From positions 124,001-188,000 of the IMG/VR virus record IMGVR_UViG_3300020473_000011: 64,000 nucleotides of DNA; one strand, 5' to 3'. Made by a program: the position numbers and the translations under genes. Shown here in pieces: positions 17,727 through 27,662 of this stretch (within the stretch, counting starts at the first letter, position 1; every line of letters starts with the position of its first letter). A model generated the notes under the pieces. The model did no database searches, was not told the DNA's origin, and was given only the letters and a program-made list of their open reading frames with translations.

Positions 17727-18494
17727 ATGACCGATAAAACTGAGACACCGAAAACTGACCATGAACACGTGCTGACGCTTGTACAGAGCCTCTATAACCG
17801 TGCCTACGCTGACAAGCCTGATGCAGTACCTTTTGAGCCGAGTGATACACTAGCGGGTCTCATTGACCAGTTAGACAATATGCTGGTGGGTGTATTGGAT
17901 GAGCGTGAGGAACTTACCAAGGAGAACAAGCAGCTTCGTAAGAACCAGCTAGACCTCTTTGATTCACTCGATACGTCAAGCCATGAGCTAGCTTCATTAA
18001 TAGAGCACGTCAATAACGAACTAAGTAACAATATCAGTAGTGCCGATACAGAACCGCCTGAGTACCTAGATGCTGAAACCCCGTATAAAGCCTACCACTT
18101 GTTAATGGATATTCTGCCGTTTATCTCTACACATGGCGAAGATACGAACCATCTTGTGGAGCGTATGTATACGCGCCGTACAGCTTCTCACGCTAAACTG
18201 CCAACGCCACTACCAATCCATGACCCTGAAATGTATAAGCGCTGCGCAGAGAAGACGAAGCACGCTATCGACGAGTGGAGGCTACGCATTCATGCACATG
18301 ATCAAACTTACCTAGAAACAACATTGAAGTTCCGTGCGCTGGCCAGTACGCAGCTTCACCTGCTGTACCAACAAATGGCCTGCCCACATAACGACACCCG
18401 TGTGACAGAGTACCCTGACGTGCCCGATAAAACGTTCACGTGCGTTAAGTGTCATGCAAGCTACACCGACAGTGGAGCCACTAGCCATGAGTAA
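17727..18494 (+). CDS. Hypothetical protein (coiled coil, C-terminal Zn-ribbon-like)
   Basis: CPH...CVKC near the C-terminus. Confidence 0.7.
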   Translation: MTDKTETPKTDHEHVLTLVQSLYNRAYADKPDAVPFEPSDTLAGLIDQLDNMLVGVLDEREELTKENKQLRKNQLDLFDSLDTSSHELASLIEHVNNELSNNISSADTEPPEYLDAETPYKAYHLLMDILPFISTHGEDTNHLVERMYTRRTASHAKLPTPLPIHDPEMYKRCAEKTKHAIDEWRLRIHAHDQTYLETTLKFRALASTQLHLLYQQMACPHNDTRVTEYPDVPDKTFTCVKCHASYTDSGATSHE

Positions 18495-19002
18495 CCCGTT
18501 ATCGTCTGAGGGCTGGGGTCTGCTAGCAACGGCGCTGGCAGGTCAACACACCCGTGACAACGAACCTATCACGTTACGCACCAATGCCGTAACGGGTCAA
18601 CCTGTAACCCATTACAAGTGTCAGAACCGCTACCACTATGAAGCCGTTGAAGTCTTTCACACAGGTGACCTTATAACGGGCGAGGCTGTGCTCATTGACC
18701 TGCACAGTCAGAACAGTGACGCTTATAACAAAGCGATGCGCGCTGTAACTGGTGATACCCGTCAAATGAACATCGACTTTTCACCGTACATGCTGACGAA
18801 GTTCCTACAGACGTACTTTGATAACGAACAGCTTGAAGGTGTTCAGATGATTGAATATGCCAACGCCAATGATGGGTACCCTAACTGGTTGCTACGCTGG
18901 CGCGACGATTCGCTACCGAGTGGCCACCAGCGTAAGGTCTGGGTTGACTCGCTGACGTCGATGATACCCAACACCAATGCGCACCCTGTGGAAGTGCTGT
19001 GA
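18454..19002 (+). CDS. Hypothetical protein
   Basis: Likely start at MSNPLS after a GGAG RBS. Confidence 0.65.
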   Translation: MQATPTVEPLAMSNPLSSEGWGLLATALAGQHTRDNEPITLRTNAVTGQPVTHYKCQNRYHYEAVEVFHTGDLITGEAVLIDLHSQNSDAYNKAMRAVTGDTRQMNIDFSPYMLTKFLQTYFDNEQLEGVQMIEYANANDGYPNWLLRWRDDSLPSGHQRKVWVDSLTSMIPNTNAHPVEVL

Positions 19003-19553
19003 TGAGTAAGATTGTGCTAAACAAAGGGTGTCCTATCCTTGAGACGACCCTCAAGCTGCCCAAGCATTCAATTACGCTTGAGATATGTCACCCTGCTACA
19101 GGGAAAGAGTCGCAGCTCTCAGCTCAGCTCACCCACTTAGAACTAAAGCACATCTTTCCCGACTGGGAGGCCGAAGAGCTGCTTGATTATTACTGTGCGT
19201 GGCACCGTAAACCTCAGCCTATTGAGTTCGCCCCTGCCTATGTGATGTATGGGGCACCCGATAGTCGGGGCGTGAGTATTGTGGAAGTACATACGATGTA
19301 CATACAGCGTGAACCCCTCACAGGCGGTGCGCGTCTGGTATTCCCTATCAGTCCGCAGGATGTTACCTACTATCAAAGCCGCCTAGCGAATACCGTAAAG
19401 GCGTTGTTCCCTGAGTTCTATGCAAGGCAATCACTTGATCAGGCCAAGGCCATCATTGCAAAGCTTACAAAGCGTGCACCAACGCCTAGCCTAACCAAAC
19501 CTAAGCCACCACTTAAACGCTTGAGTAACGAGCGCTGGTGGCGTAACCAATAA
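18999..19553 (+). CDS. Hypothetical protein
   Basis: 184-aa coupled ORF. Confidence 0.65.
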   Translation: MMSKIVLNKGCPILETTLKLPKHSITLEICHPATGKESQLSAQLTHLELKHIFPDWEAEELLDYYCAWHRKPQPIEFAPAYVMYGAPDSRGVSIVEVHTMYIQREPLTGGARLVFPISPQDVTYYQSRLANTVKALFPEFYARQSLDQAKAIIAKLTKRAPTPSLTKPKPPLKRLSNERWWRNQ

Positions 19554-19571
19554 ACTAAACGAGACACAGAT

Positions 19572-19988
19572 ATGAGTACTTCAAAACTTACATGGCTTGC
19601 CTTTGCAGGTACCCTCTTTTCAGCAACCCTCTTATCAGGCTGTATTGAGTCTGAGGTTAAGTACGTTGATGTCAGTACTGGGAAACCCGTACTAGTCGAA
19701 AAGCTCACGCCAGTCTATACGGCTAAGAGTAACCCTAAAGCACCTGTTCCCCACACGAGAAGCCCAAGCCGTTACATCACCCGTGATGATGGTAGTGTCG
19801 TATACATAGATAAGTCAGGTGCCCCTCAGTTCAGTGGTCTTGAACGTATCTGTATTGATGGGATTGTGTATATTCGTGGTACCCATGTATTGACCCCTTA
19901 CATGACGGTCGATAAAGGGAACCATCCTTTTCTTGAAGAGAATGACAGTGGCTCGGCTATCAAGCTTAAAGGCGTAACGTGTAACTAA
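19572..19988 (+). CDS. Lipoprotein
   Basis: Lipobox LLSG-C; shares VKYVD.STGK, C.DG..Y and GVTC with 13941..14318. Confidence 0.8.
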   Translation: MSTSKLTWLAFAGTLFSATLLSGCIESEVKYVDVSTGKPVLVEKLTPVYTAKSNPKAPVPHTRSPSRYITRDDGSVVYIDKSGAPQFSGLERICIDGIVYIRGTHVLTPYMTVDKGNHPFLEENDSGSAIKLKGVTCN

Positions 19989-19995
19989 CCCTAGA

Positions 19996-20223
19996 GTGAG
20001 AGCACTGATGAAACGTGAGTATGAATCTATTCAGGTAACGGGGAGCTGTGATTCGGGTTGTGGCCAACCTGCAACACACTGGTTTGGTAACACATCGGCG
20101 GCTACCTGTGCAAAGGCTGAGTGTATTAAGCAGATGGAAGAACGCTATGCTGAGCACTGTGCCGAAATGGATGCCCAGTTTAAGCTTGAAGAAGAAATGC
20201 GGGACATGTACGGCTATGACTAA
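19996..20223 (+). CDS. Small Cys-rich protein
   Basis: CDSGC...C...C pattern. Confidence 0.6.
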   Translation: MRALMKREYESIQVTGSCDSGCGQPATHWFGNTSAATCAKAECIKQMEERYAEHCAEMDAQFKLEEEMRDMYGYD

Positions 20224-20235
20224 AGGCCAGCTCGT

Positions 20236-20688
20236 ATGTTAAAGCCATTAAAGGGCGACTTACTACAGTTTGCTGAGCATGGTTACTTTGATGTGGTCGT
20301 CCATGGGTGTAATTGCTTCTGTGAAATGGGCGCTGGGTTTGCCTATGCAGTAAAGACCCAGTACCCGAAAGCCCATCGGGCAGATAGGCAAACACTCAGG
20401 GGTGATCGTAACAAGCTTGGAACCTATACCAGTGCCAATGTCGGTCACTTTATTATCGTAAATGCGTATACCCAGTATCATTTTGAGGGAGAAGGCCAGC
20501 GTTTTGACTATGATGCTCTTAGAGACGTCATGAAACGCATCAAACAGGACTTTTCTGGTAAACGCATAGGTTACCCTCAAATTGGGGCTGGTTTCGCTGG
20601 TGGATGCTGGCGAGAGGCTTCAAAGATAATAAATAGGGAACTGAGAGGCGAAAAACACGGTGTAGTGGTCTTTCAGCGGCACAGATAG
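20236..20688 (+). CDS. Macrodomain (ADP-ribose processing) protein
   Basis: KGDLL, VVHGCNC...MGAGFA, NAYTQ, PQIGAGFAGG.W motifs. Confidence 0.9.
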   Translation: MLKPLKGDLLQFAEHGYFDVVVHGCNCFCEMGAGFAYAVKTQYPKAHRADRQTLRGDRNKLGTYTSANVGHFIIVNAYTQYHFEGEGQRFDYDALRDVMKRIKQDFSGKRIGYPQIGAGFAGGCWREASKIINRELRGEKHGVVVFQRHR

Positions 20689-20773
20689 CCCTTTTAGTGC
20701 CTTTTAGGGCTGTATAGACGGTGTTTTTCATGTAAAAGCCTGTGTTGCAGCCCTTTTAGTCTAAATTTAATCG

Positions 20774-20802
20774 TTGTACAATGATTTTTAGTGCGCTATA
20801 GT
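20774..20802 (+). promoter_or_regulatory. Sigma70-like promoter TTGTAC-N17-TATAGT
   Basis: The -35 lies inside the ATCGTTGTACAATGAT palindrome; same geometry at 21804, 22197 and 29316 (-). Confidence 0.75.
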
Positions 20803-20848
20803 GCCAAAACGAATCAAACATTCATTATTAACCAAGGGATAGATCACC

Positions 20849-21493
20849 ATGACTGAAAAAGACATGAATGATAGCTGGTTTAGTTATTTCCACAACCAAG
20901 CAACGGCAGCGCCACCAAATGGTACCCGTGTTCTTTATCCGTGGTTACACGGACGTGCTCAAGTAGAGTACACGATAACAGGTGCCCAAGAGCAAGGCGG
21001 CACAACTGCCTACAACATCACGTGCACGCATGTACCACGTGGCGATAGTAGCGCGTCGGTCGGTACACAGTACTCGGTACCACTCAAGTCGCTATACCCT
21101 ATAGACTACCATGACCCAGCTGCGATAGCCGTAGCTGATCAGTCTGCACCTAAAGTAGCGCTTTACCGTGTAATTGATGGTAAGCCCTTTATGCCACTGT
21201 ACTACAAGATAAACCCAACGACCGCGCTTGAGGAACTTGTACTTATTACACCTAACTATGAGTATGAGACCGAAGTCGTCACAATCCCGAATGAAGAACT
21301 TGCTGAGCGCCGCTTAGCTACCCGCTTTGTATGGGGAACGTCTGACGGGGCTGCCATTGCCAGTGCCCGTGCCAAACAAAGCGCCCTTAACGCAATGCAC
21401 GCTAAACGTATTGCTGATGAAGTAGCACGCCAACAAGGTATTGCTGCTGAGTGGATAGCCTCTATTAAAACGGTGAACAACCATGAAGTATGA
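20849..21493 (+). CDS. Hypothetical protein
   Basis: 214-aa ORF downstream of a promoter. Confidence 0.7.
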   Translation: MTEKDMNDSWFSYFHNQATAAPPNGTRVLYPWLHGRAQVEYTITGAQEQGGTTAYNITCTHVPRGDSSASVGTQYSVPLKSLYPIDYHDPAAIAVADQSAPKVALYRVIDGKPFMPLYYKINPTTALEELVLITPNYEYETEVVTIPNEELAERRLATRFVWGTSDGAAIASARAKQSALNAMHAKRIADEVARQQGIAAEWIASIKTVNNHEV

Positions 21494-21737
21494 TAATGCG
21501 GATGCAGTCGCAACTAAAATCGCGGTATCGTCACTGCTGGTGGGTGCAACTAAGAAAGCATTCGACATGGGCTTTGAGCAAATGCTGGCGGGTAAGGGTT
21601 GCATGACACAACAGGTCTTTTTCAGTTCTCTTAACTATGCAGGTCTGCGTAACTACCATAAGAAGACACTGTGGTCGGCCTATAAGTCAGGACGTTTCGA
21701 AGCACAGGTTGCGTTTGACCTTAAAACGAAGGTTTAG
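21483..21737 (+). CDS. Hypothetical protein
   Basis: 84-aa overlapping ORF. Confidence 0.6.
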   Translation: MKYDNADAVATKIAVSSLLVGATKKAFDMGFEQMLAGKGCMTQQVFFSSLNYAGLRNYHKKTLWSAYKSGRFEAQVAFDLKTKV

Positions 21738-21803
21738 CACTGGCCTGCTCTACTGCGTGCGTCGTTAATCACTACGGCGCAGCACTTTTCTTTAAAATAA
21801 TCG

Positions 21804-21832
21804 TTGTACAATGATTGTGTTTCAGCTATAGT
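21804..21832 (+). promoter_or_regulatory. Sigma70-like promoter TTGTAC-N17-TATAGT
   Basis: Read directly from the sequence. Confidence 0.75.
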
Positions 21833-21870
21833 GACCCTAAATCACTAATAATTACCGTAGGAACACTACC

Positions 21871-22041
21871 ATGCACATCGTTAGAGCCTTTGAAGAAGCA
21901 ACTAAGAGCCGTGACGCACTTGTCAGCAAGTTAACTAAGTTATCAATGGACGCTGCTGCGGCTGGCAACAAGGAACTACTCGACACATACCAAGAACTTA
22001 TCAAAGATGCGAACGCTATCATTGCGCCGTTCACTGAGTAG
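21871..22041 (+). CDS. 56-aa helical protein
   Basis: Not in the track. MHIVRAFEEATKSRDALVSKLTKLSMD...PFTE with its own promoter, AGGA RBS and a terminator at about 22064-22091. Confidence 0.7.
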   Translation: MHIVRAFEEATKSRDALVSKLTKLSMDAAAAGNKELLDTYQELIKDANAIIAPFTE

Positions 22042-22196
22042 TTAAGGCACCTAATAGCATAGAGAGGCGGGCACAAGTTGCTCGCCTTTTTGGTTTTAGG
22101 CCACCAGCACCTAGGCTTATACTAGGTAACTACTGAATAACCACCCTATTTTCACCTAATCCCCTGTCCCGCAGTTATTTATATCGAATAAAATCG

Positions 22197-22225
22197 TTGT
22201 ACAATGATTTATAAGCTGGTATAGT
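22197..22225 (+). promoter_or_regulatory. Sigma70-like promoter TTGTAC-N17-TATAGT
   Basis: Read directly from the sequence. Confidence 0.75.
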
Positions 22226-22264
22226 GGTCTCAAGTTAAGAATTGAACTACAGAGACCACTAGCA

Positions 22265-22633
22265 ATGATAAACCTTATTCCTACAGCACTAACAGTATTT
22301 GGCCGTGAAGCCGTACAAGCCCGTATCAAAGCAGGTGAGCGTCCTTCGGATATTCAGTTAGACGCGTTTGATCAACGCGATGCTACAATAAAAGCTTTGT
22401 TTGAGGCTATCGAATCTAACTTACCAAAGGGCACTTACTGTTCTGAGGCTGACCACCAACTTACCGTTGATGTCCGTAACGGTGAAGATATGGACGCAGC
22501 GCTGGCTAAGTTGAATGAGCTGGTGGAAACACACGGTCAGTTATTCAAGAAGCGCGGTTGTTCTTTCCAGCTCGTTGAGACCTTTGCTAACGTGACGATG
22601 TTTGAACTTAACTACAATAGAGACCACAGCTAA
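22265..22633 (+). CDS. Hypothetical protein
   Basis: 122-aa ORF downstream of a promoter. Confidence 0.7.
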   Translation: MINLIPTALTVFGREAVQARIKAGERPSDIQLDAFDQRDATIKALFEAIESNLPKGTYCSEADHQLTVDVRNGEDMDAALAKLNELVETHGQLFKKRGCSFQLVETFANVTMFELNYNRDHS

Positions 22634-22911
22634 TGACTGAACTATCAAAAGAACTGAATGACCTAGAAGCCTCAGCAAATGAAAAGGCAGAGGCATTCGC
22701 TACCAGTGAGAAGTGGGCAAAGCTTACTAATGGCCAAAAGAACCTACTTGCTTTGCTGGTGGATGCAGGTCAGTACGCAAACATTGAAGATGCAGCCTAT
22801 CAATTACGAACAAGTGTACAGTGGGTTCATCGCCATGCGTTAGGACTATCAGCGCTGGGACTTGCACGCCGTGAACTATCAAGCGGTCAGATCTGGTTAG
22901 CAGGTGCATAA
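22633..22911 (+). CDS. Winged-HTH-like protein
   Basis: LTNGQKNLLALL...IEDAAYQLRTSVQWVHRHALGLSALGLARR. Confidence 0.6.
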   Translation: MTELSKELNDLEASANEKAEAFATSEKWAKLTNGQKNLLALLVDAGQYANIEDAAYQLRTSVQWVHRHALGLSALGLARRELSSGQIWLAGA

Positions 22912-23352
22912 ATGCGTAAGTTGTTCATAGGCGCAGCACTGGCGTCAGTTTCTTTTCTTGGTTATTACAATGTGACCAACTACCAGTATGCGGAGAATAC
23001 CGAGTATGTCGGTACGGTAGTCAGTAAACCCCAGCCTGTGTGGGCGCGTTCAGATAAGCCTCACTATGGGAAGCACTACCATGTGAGCGTCGACTTTAAC
23101 GGCATCGGTGTGCAATCAGTGAATGTACCTTACAAGCAATATACGCAGCTAAAGACAGGTGATGTCTATCGTGTAAAACCGAAGTACTGGCCAGTCGTAG
23201 GTATCTTTAATTTTGAAGGAACACCGCAGGCCGCTGACAACCCTGCCCTTCACAAGACTAACGTACTCTTAATGCTGACGAGCCTACTCGTTCTAATAAT
23301 GGGTGGATTCTTTGTCGGGATATTAGGGCTGTTCAAGTATCTTGAGGACTAG
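22912..23352 (+). CDS. Membrane protein (two TMs flanking a beta domain)
   Basis: N- and C-terminal hydrophobic segments; Y.QLKTGD. Confidence 0.7.
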   Translation: MRKLFIGAALASVSFLGYYNVTNYQYAENTEYVGTVVSKPQPVWARSDKPHYGKHYHVSVDFNGIGVQSVNVPYKQYTQLKTGDVYRVKPKYWPVVGIFNFEGTPQAADNPALHKTNVLLMLTSLLVLIMGGFFVGILGLFKYLED

Positions 23353-23410
23353 CGTTAAGTTCATGTTGGTTATATACTGGCCAAGCTAATTGAGACTTTG
23401 AGGAACTACT

Positions 23411-23755
23411 ATGAGAACACGTGCAGGCCAACTACTGGCTAATATCAAACCACACCTAACCGAGAAAGCTGGTGGCATTATCGCTGACCTTAAAGCCCTC
23501 GGACTTACTATCAGTGATGAAGACACCCATGGCCGTCAGTGGTTCGAGCTTGATGCTGACCATAGACATAACCCTATTCACGATGTATTCCTAAAGAACG
23601 GCTGGCGCTTGACCTTCAATGGTAATGTGGCTGGTGGTGTTAAGCAGGCTGCTTATCAGCATGACGCGTTCGGCGGGGGCAATGCAGTGCTGCACTTTAA
23701 ACAGAATAAGGTCTACTTCCTGACTGTTAACTTTAAGCGTGATTACCGCGACTAA
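23411..23755 (+). CDS. Hypothetical protein (possible internal head protein)
   Basis: GAGGA RBS; N-terminus MRTRAGQLL...LTE. Confidence 0.7.
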   Translation: MRTRAGQLLANIKPHLTEKAGGIIADLKALGLTISDEDTHGRQWFELDADHRHNPIHDVFLKNGWRLTFNGNVAGGVKQAAYQHDAFGGGNAVLHFKQNKVYFLTVNFKRDYRD

Positions 23756-23770
23756 TCCCTTTGCAGAAAT

Positions 23771-23866
23771 AAAAAACCCGCGAATCACTCAAGGCTGGGA
23801 GCCTAAAGGTCGCGGGCATTAACTAACCGCGTTACTGGCCGACCGATAAACTAGCCAGCAACGAGC
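23771..23866 (-). ncRNA. Putative sRNA 3
   Basis: Minus-strand promoter TTGCAG(23899-23894)-N17-TATCAT(23876-23871); 11-bp 5' hairpin with G-U pairs and loop UUUAUCGGU; terminator CCCGCGA...TCGCGGG-TTTTTT. Confidence 0.65.
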
Positions 23867-24125
23867 ACTCATGATACTTCAACGACTTACCCACTGCAAG
23901 CCCCTACCATACTGTATGCGCAATACTTAAACACGTCCCGTAAGTATGTACTAGCGTACTTGCATACCCTTAGCCTAAAGTCCATAACCCTTTTCGACTC
24001 TTTTGTACTATTTCGTAAATGACAACGCTAGCCTAAACTGTTACAGTACAGGGCATTAGGTTGTGGATTAACGTGGGCTGAATTGTCACACTTGTTCACA
24101 GTACGTGAGTTAAAGGGGAACACTG

Positions 24126-24659
24126 GTGGTTCAAAAGCAGCTTCAAGGGTTTATCGAGAGCTTAGCTGACCAGTACAACTGTGACGAAAAAGTCATAGAG
24201 GTCATTGAAACATTTGCGCAGGAATTAACAGGCCAGCAAGTCGCTGACGTTATCAAGAATCTCGCCGAGCGTGACATCGTCGTGCCTGTCGAAATACAGC
24301 GCCCTGAGTGGCAGCGGCAGGTGCTACTAAACCGACAGGGCGCAGTCATCATCAACAATACAGGGCGAGCTATCGCAAGCAGCGCCGACTTATTTGAAGT
24401 CAAAGACTATGCGCACCTCGTTGGCCTGTGTAACGAACTAGGTTTCGAGCATTCGAGCATCACGAATACGCGAATGCTTGAGAGTGAGGCAACGCGCACA
24501 GAAGCGATTGTCTATGAGCTGACCTTCCGCACGGATGGCTACTACCTACTCCAAGGACATGTGTGGGTTCATAGCAACTTCGCAGACCTAGCTGAAAGAC
24601 TTAGCCAGTTCGACCCTCAAAACAACACACTCTTAACCAAAGACGACGGTACCAGCTAG
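24126..24659 (+). CDS. Hypothetical protein
   Basis: 177-aa ORF with an AAGGGG RBS; last gene before the non-coding repeat region. Confidence 0.7.
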   Translation: MVQKQLQGFIESLADQYNCDEKVIEVIETFAQELTGQQVADVIKNLAERDIVVPVEIQRPEWQRQVLLNRQGAVIINNTGRAIASSADLFEVKDYAHLVGLCNELGFEHSSITNTRMLESEATRTEAIVYELTFRTDGYYLLQGHVWVHSNFADLAERLSQFDPQNNTLLTKDDGTS

Positions 24660-26772
24660 GCGTCACGCCTACTTACTAAACCAAACTTGATACCTCTTAG
24701 ATTTACCTGCGTAGCACAGACGTGCTCGCGCGTGTGTCACGTAATCACGCCCACTACAAAGCAAACCCGATCACACTCGCCTCAATAAAGCTAACTATAC
24801 CCGCATGACCTCGGGTCAGAGTGCTAAGCGAACCGCAATTCGTTGTACAACACTTTCGTTTTTATAGTGGTATATACCCTGCCCTGTCCTCGGGTCAGAG
24901 TATAGAGAAGCTTTCGGGTGCCCTTTACGAACTTCCTACTGCCCCACCGATATTAGATAAACGCCTGTTTAAAGGTCACTATAGTGGTTCTTTGGCTTTC
25001 CGTAAGTGACCCGAGGTCACTTAGCTGTGGTAGTGGACTCGTATAAGCAGGTCTTAGTGAACACTGTACAACGTTTTATCTGTCGGATCGTAAGGCTAGC
25101 ACTCGGCTAGCTGCGCCTTCTCGACACTGCGGTTAACTAAGGGGTGCTTGTAATACATGGGGATGTGACCCAAGGTCAGGCTCAAAGGTCGAGGTGAGGG
25201 TCAACAGTCTCACCCAACTGGCAGCGTTGTACAAGCATTGCCTAAACCCCTGCGCCGCAGTGGGCTAATTTTTCGTACCGACGATGTGAGGGTTGAGGCG
25301 ACCGTACGCCAGAAAAACCTTTAATTTCATACAAACTCTATATGTATACGCCTAGACACACTGCAAAAGTAGGCGTCATGGTGTCGGCTGAACGGTTTAT
25401 TTTGGGTTACACACTGCGGCACAGGGGATTTCGTTGAATCAGAGTGTTAGGCAAAGTGAGCTAATACCTTATGTAGCAGGGGTATAGAGTGGAACCATAA
25501 TGACAACCCCTCGCTTCGCTCGGTTTAATCACGGCTTAGTCGCAGCTTTAATTACTAGTTTCCGTCGGTTCAGTAACGTTTTTGATGGCGGTTAGGGTTG
25601 TGCTGTTACTGATATTAGATGTGCATTGGTGCGTAGTCTGCTACTCATTAGTGGTTCTGCTTGTCGATTAGTGAGTAGAGTGTTACTCATAGTGAGAAGC
25701 TATTTGTGCCTATCTATTTACATTAATGGTTCTAGTATTGCTCTCTTGCTGTCTAGTTGTGGTCTTATAGTTGCGTCAGTTAATGGTGCTGGTTTGCATT
25801 CTCTGGTTTTACTTGGCGTTACTGAGTGTCTACTTTGGTTGCAAATATGATGCACGGTTATCGCATTGCTTGTATTGCTTGAGTGTATGTAGTTATGTAT
25901 AGGGGAAATGCAAACAGGGTTTTACTAACTTTCTAGTGTTGCAGTGATATTCCGCAACTGGGTAGTTGAACCTCAGTATAGGAAAAAGTGCGTGTGACCT
26001 CGGGTCATATTGGGGTGTTTTGTGTCTACTTTTGCGATTCTAGACACTGATTTCGGTCTGACCTCGGGTCATGGGTCACTATTTAGCGGTGTATTGTACA
26101 ATGCTTTGGGGTTGTGCCCTCGGGTCAGATAACCTTTAACTATATAGGTTTCTTGCCGAATCTCGGTATAACCGCACTGGCGGCGGCAGGTTAATAACAG
26201 TAGCGATGCCGCTTGTTAGTTCATAGTGTGACGTGGAATGTTTATAGTGAGCTTTATATGTGGTCGTACATTAATAGTAACGTGTATGTATACGTATATA
26301 GAATGAATAGTAGAATGTCTGGAATAGCTTATAGTAATAGGCTTGTATGTATCTATAGAATGTAATGTATATGTGCATACTAATATTATGTATGTGTACA
26401 TGTGTAATATAGTAGATGTAGTTATAGTGTCTATAGTGAGCATAGTGTTGTTCATAGTATTTATGTTCTTACTGAGGCAATGAGTTATCGACTATCCTGT
26501 GCGGGCGCGCAAGTGTTCTTTCTTTTTAGTGGAAGGTGGCTGCTTTCTTGTGTTGGCCTGCCCTCGGGTCAGGGTGCTTGTGGGTGTTCTTTTCGTTGTA
26601 CAATGGATTTTGACTGTCCTGTGCGGGGCGCTGCGGGCTTTTCTCGTATGAAGATGAGTGCTTGTGTGGGTTTTACTTTTTAGATGGCTTGTGGGGCGTC
26701 TGAGGGCGTTTTTACGTTTTTGAGGGGGTGTGGCGACTATCCTGTGCGGCCGCCAAGCGGAAGTAGAGGCGC

Positions 26773-27150
26773 TTAACGCGTCTCTACTGAGTTATTTTCT
26801 TGTTCTTTACTATCTATCTCTTCGAGCAGCGCCTCAAGGTAAGATAGGCGGAACGCAGCGCGTATGTCGTCCATCTTGAAGTCTAGCGCGCATAACTTGG
26901 TGAACAACTCGCGATGCTCGGTTACGAACTCACGTGTTAGCTCAATCGTATTTGAAATCATAGAAAGCACATACCCATCTACTAGTTCTAGATTGTCACC
27001 GATGTGCGTCATTAACTCGGCTTTCTTACCTGTGTTATGTAACGTGGCAATTTCAGTCATAAGTTTCCAGCGCGCTTCGCGTTGCTCTTCTGTTAGTTCC
27101 TGATTAGGCACTGTTATCGTATCGGTCGTCATAGTGTGGTTAGTCTCCAT
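26773..27150 (-). CDS. Hypothetical protein
   Basis: 125-aa ORF, last gene of the minus-strand operon. Confidence 0.65.
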   Translation of the reverse strand: METNHTMTTDTITVPNQELTEEQREARWKLMTEIATLHNTGKKAELMTHIGDNLELVDGYVLSMISNTIELTREFVTEHRELFTKLCALDFKMDDIRAAFRLSYLEALLEEIDSKEQENNSVETR

Positions 27151-27340
27151 GTGTTAGTAGTTCGTTTACGGCTTCTTCGGCAGCTACTATTACGGCGTGT
27201 TCGTTCTGGGTGTATTCATTATCGTACTCGCCGTCTAGGCCGCTTACCCATTCTTGCCATTCCGCTTCCGCAATCTCCTGATCTATCCTGTGCGAGGCGA
27301 AGATGCTTAACCATTTATCTTTGTAGTTACTTACGTGCAT
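27140..27340 (-). CDS. Small acidic hypothetical protein
   Basis: 66 aa, AAGG RBS. Confidence 0.6.
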   Translation of the reverse strand: MHVSNYKDKWLSIFASHRIDQEIAEAEWQEWVSGLDGEYDNEYTQNEHAVIVAAEEAVNELLTHGD

Positions 27341-27342
27341 TG

Positions 27343-27642
27343 TTACGCTACCTTACCCGTTTGAATATACGCGTCGATGGCTTCTTGTTGAGTCTTGGCG
27401 CAACAGCCTTCACCCATACCGATTATCTCGCGCATCGCCTCTGATTCGCCTAACGTACAATAGTGGTTATCACCGTCAGTCTTTAATAAAGAGCAGGGCG
27501 CTGTTGTTTGGCCAGTTACGGTCTTACCGACTGAGCATACTTCCGTTAAGCAGCAATACCCGCAGTGATTACAGGCTTGACCATATTTAGGCTTGCGCTC
27601 GACGGCGACCGTCATGACTTTAATTAAGTTACCTTTAAACAT
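27343..27642 (-). CDS. CxxCxxCC (YkgJ-like) metal-binding protein
   Basis: CNHCGYCC...PCSLL...YC...GCC. Confidence 0.7.
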   Translation of the reverse strand: MFKGNLIKVMTVAVERKPKYGQACNHCGYCCLTEVCSVGKTVTGQTTAPCSLLKTDGDNHYCTLGESEAMREIIGMGEGCCAKTQQEAIDAYIQTGKVA

Positions 27643-27662
27643 GAGTCTGTCCTCGGGTCAGA

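Noticed and set aside
26370-26396. XerCD dif-like site (TGTGCATAC-TAATA-TTATGT)
   Set aside because: The spacer is 5 bp rather than 6 and the XerD arm is a poor match. The similar partial at about 23903-23923 also fails.
26216-26455. 79-aa ORF MNNTMLTIDT...
   Set aside because: Its Thr/Ile/Tyr/His composition merely reflects the low-complexity skewed DNA. The same applies to 25626..25850 and 26480..26683.
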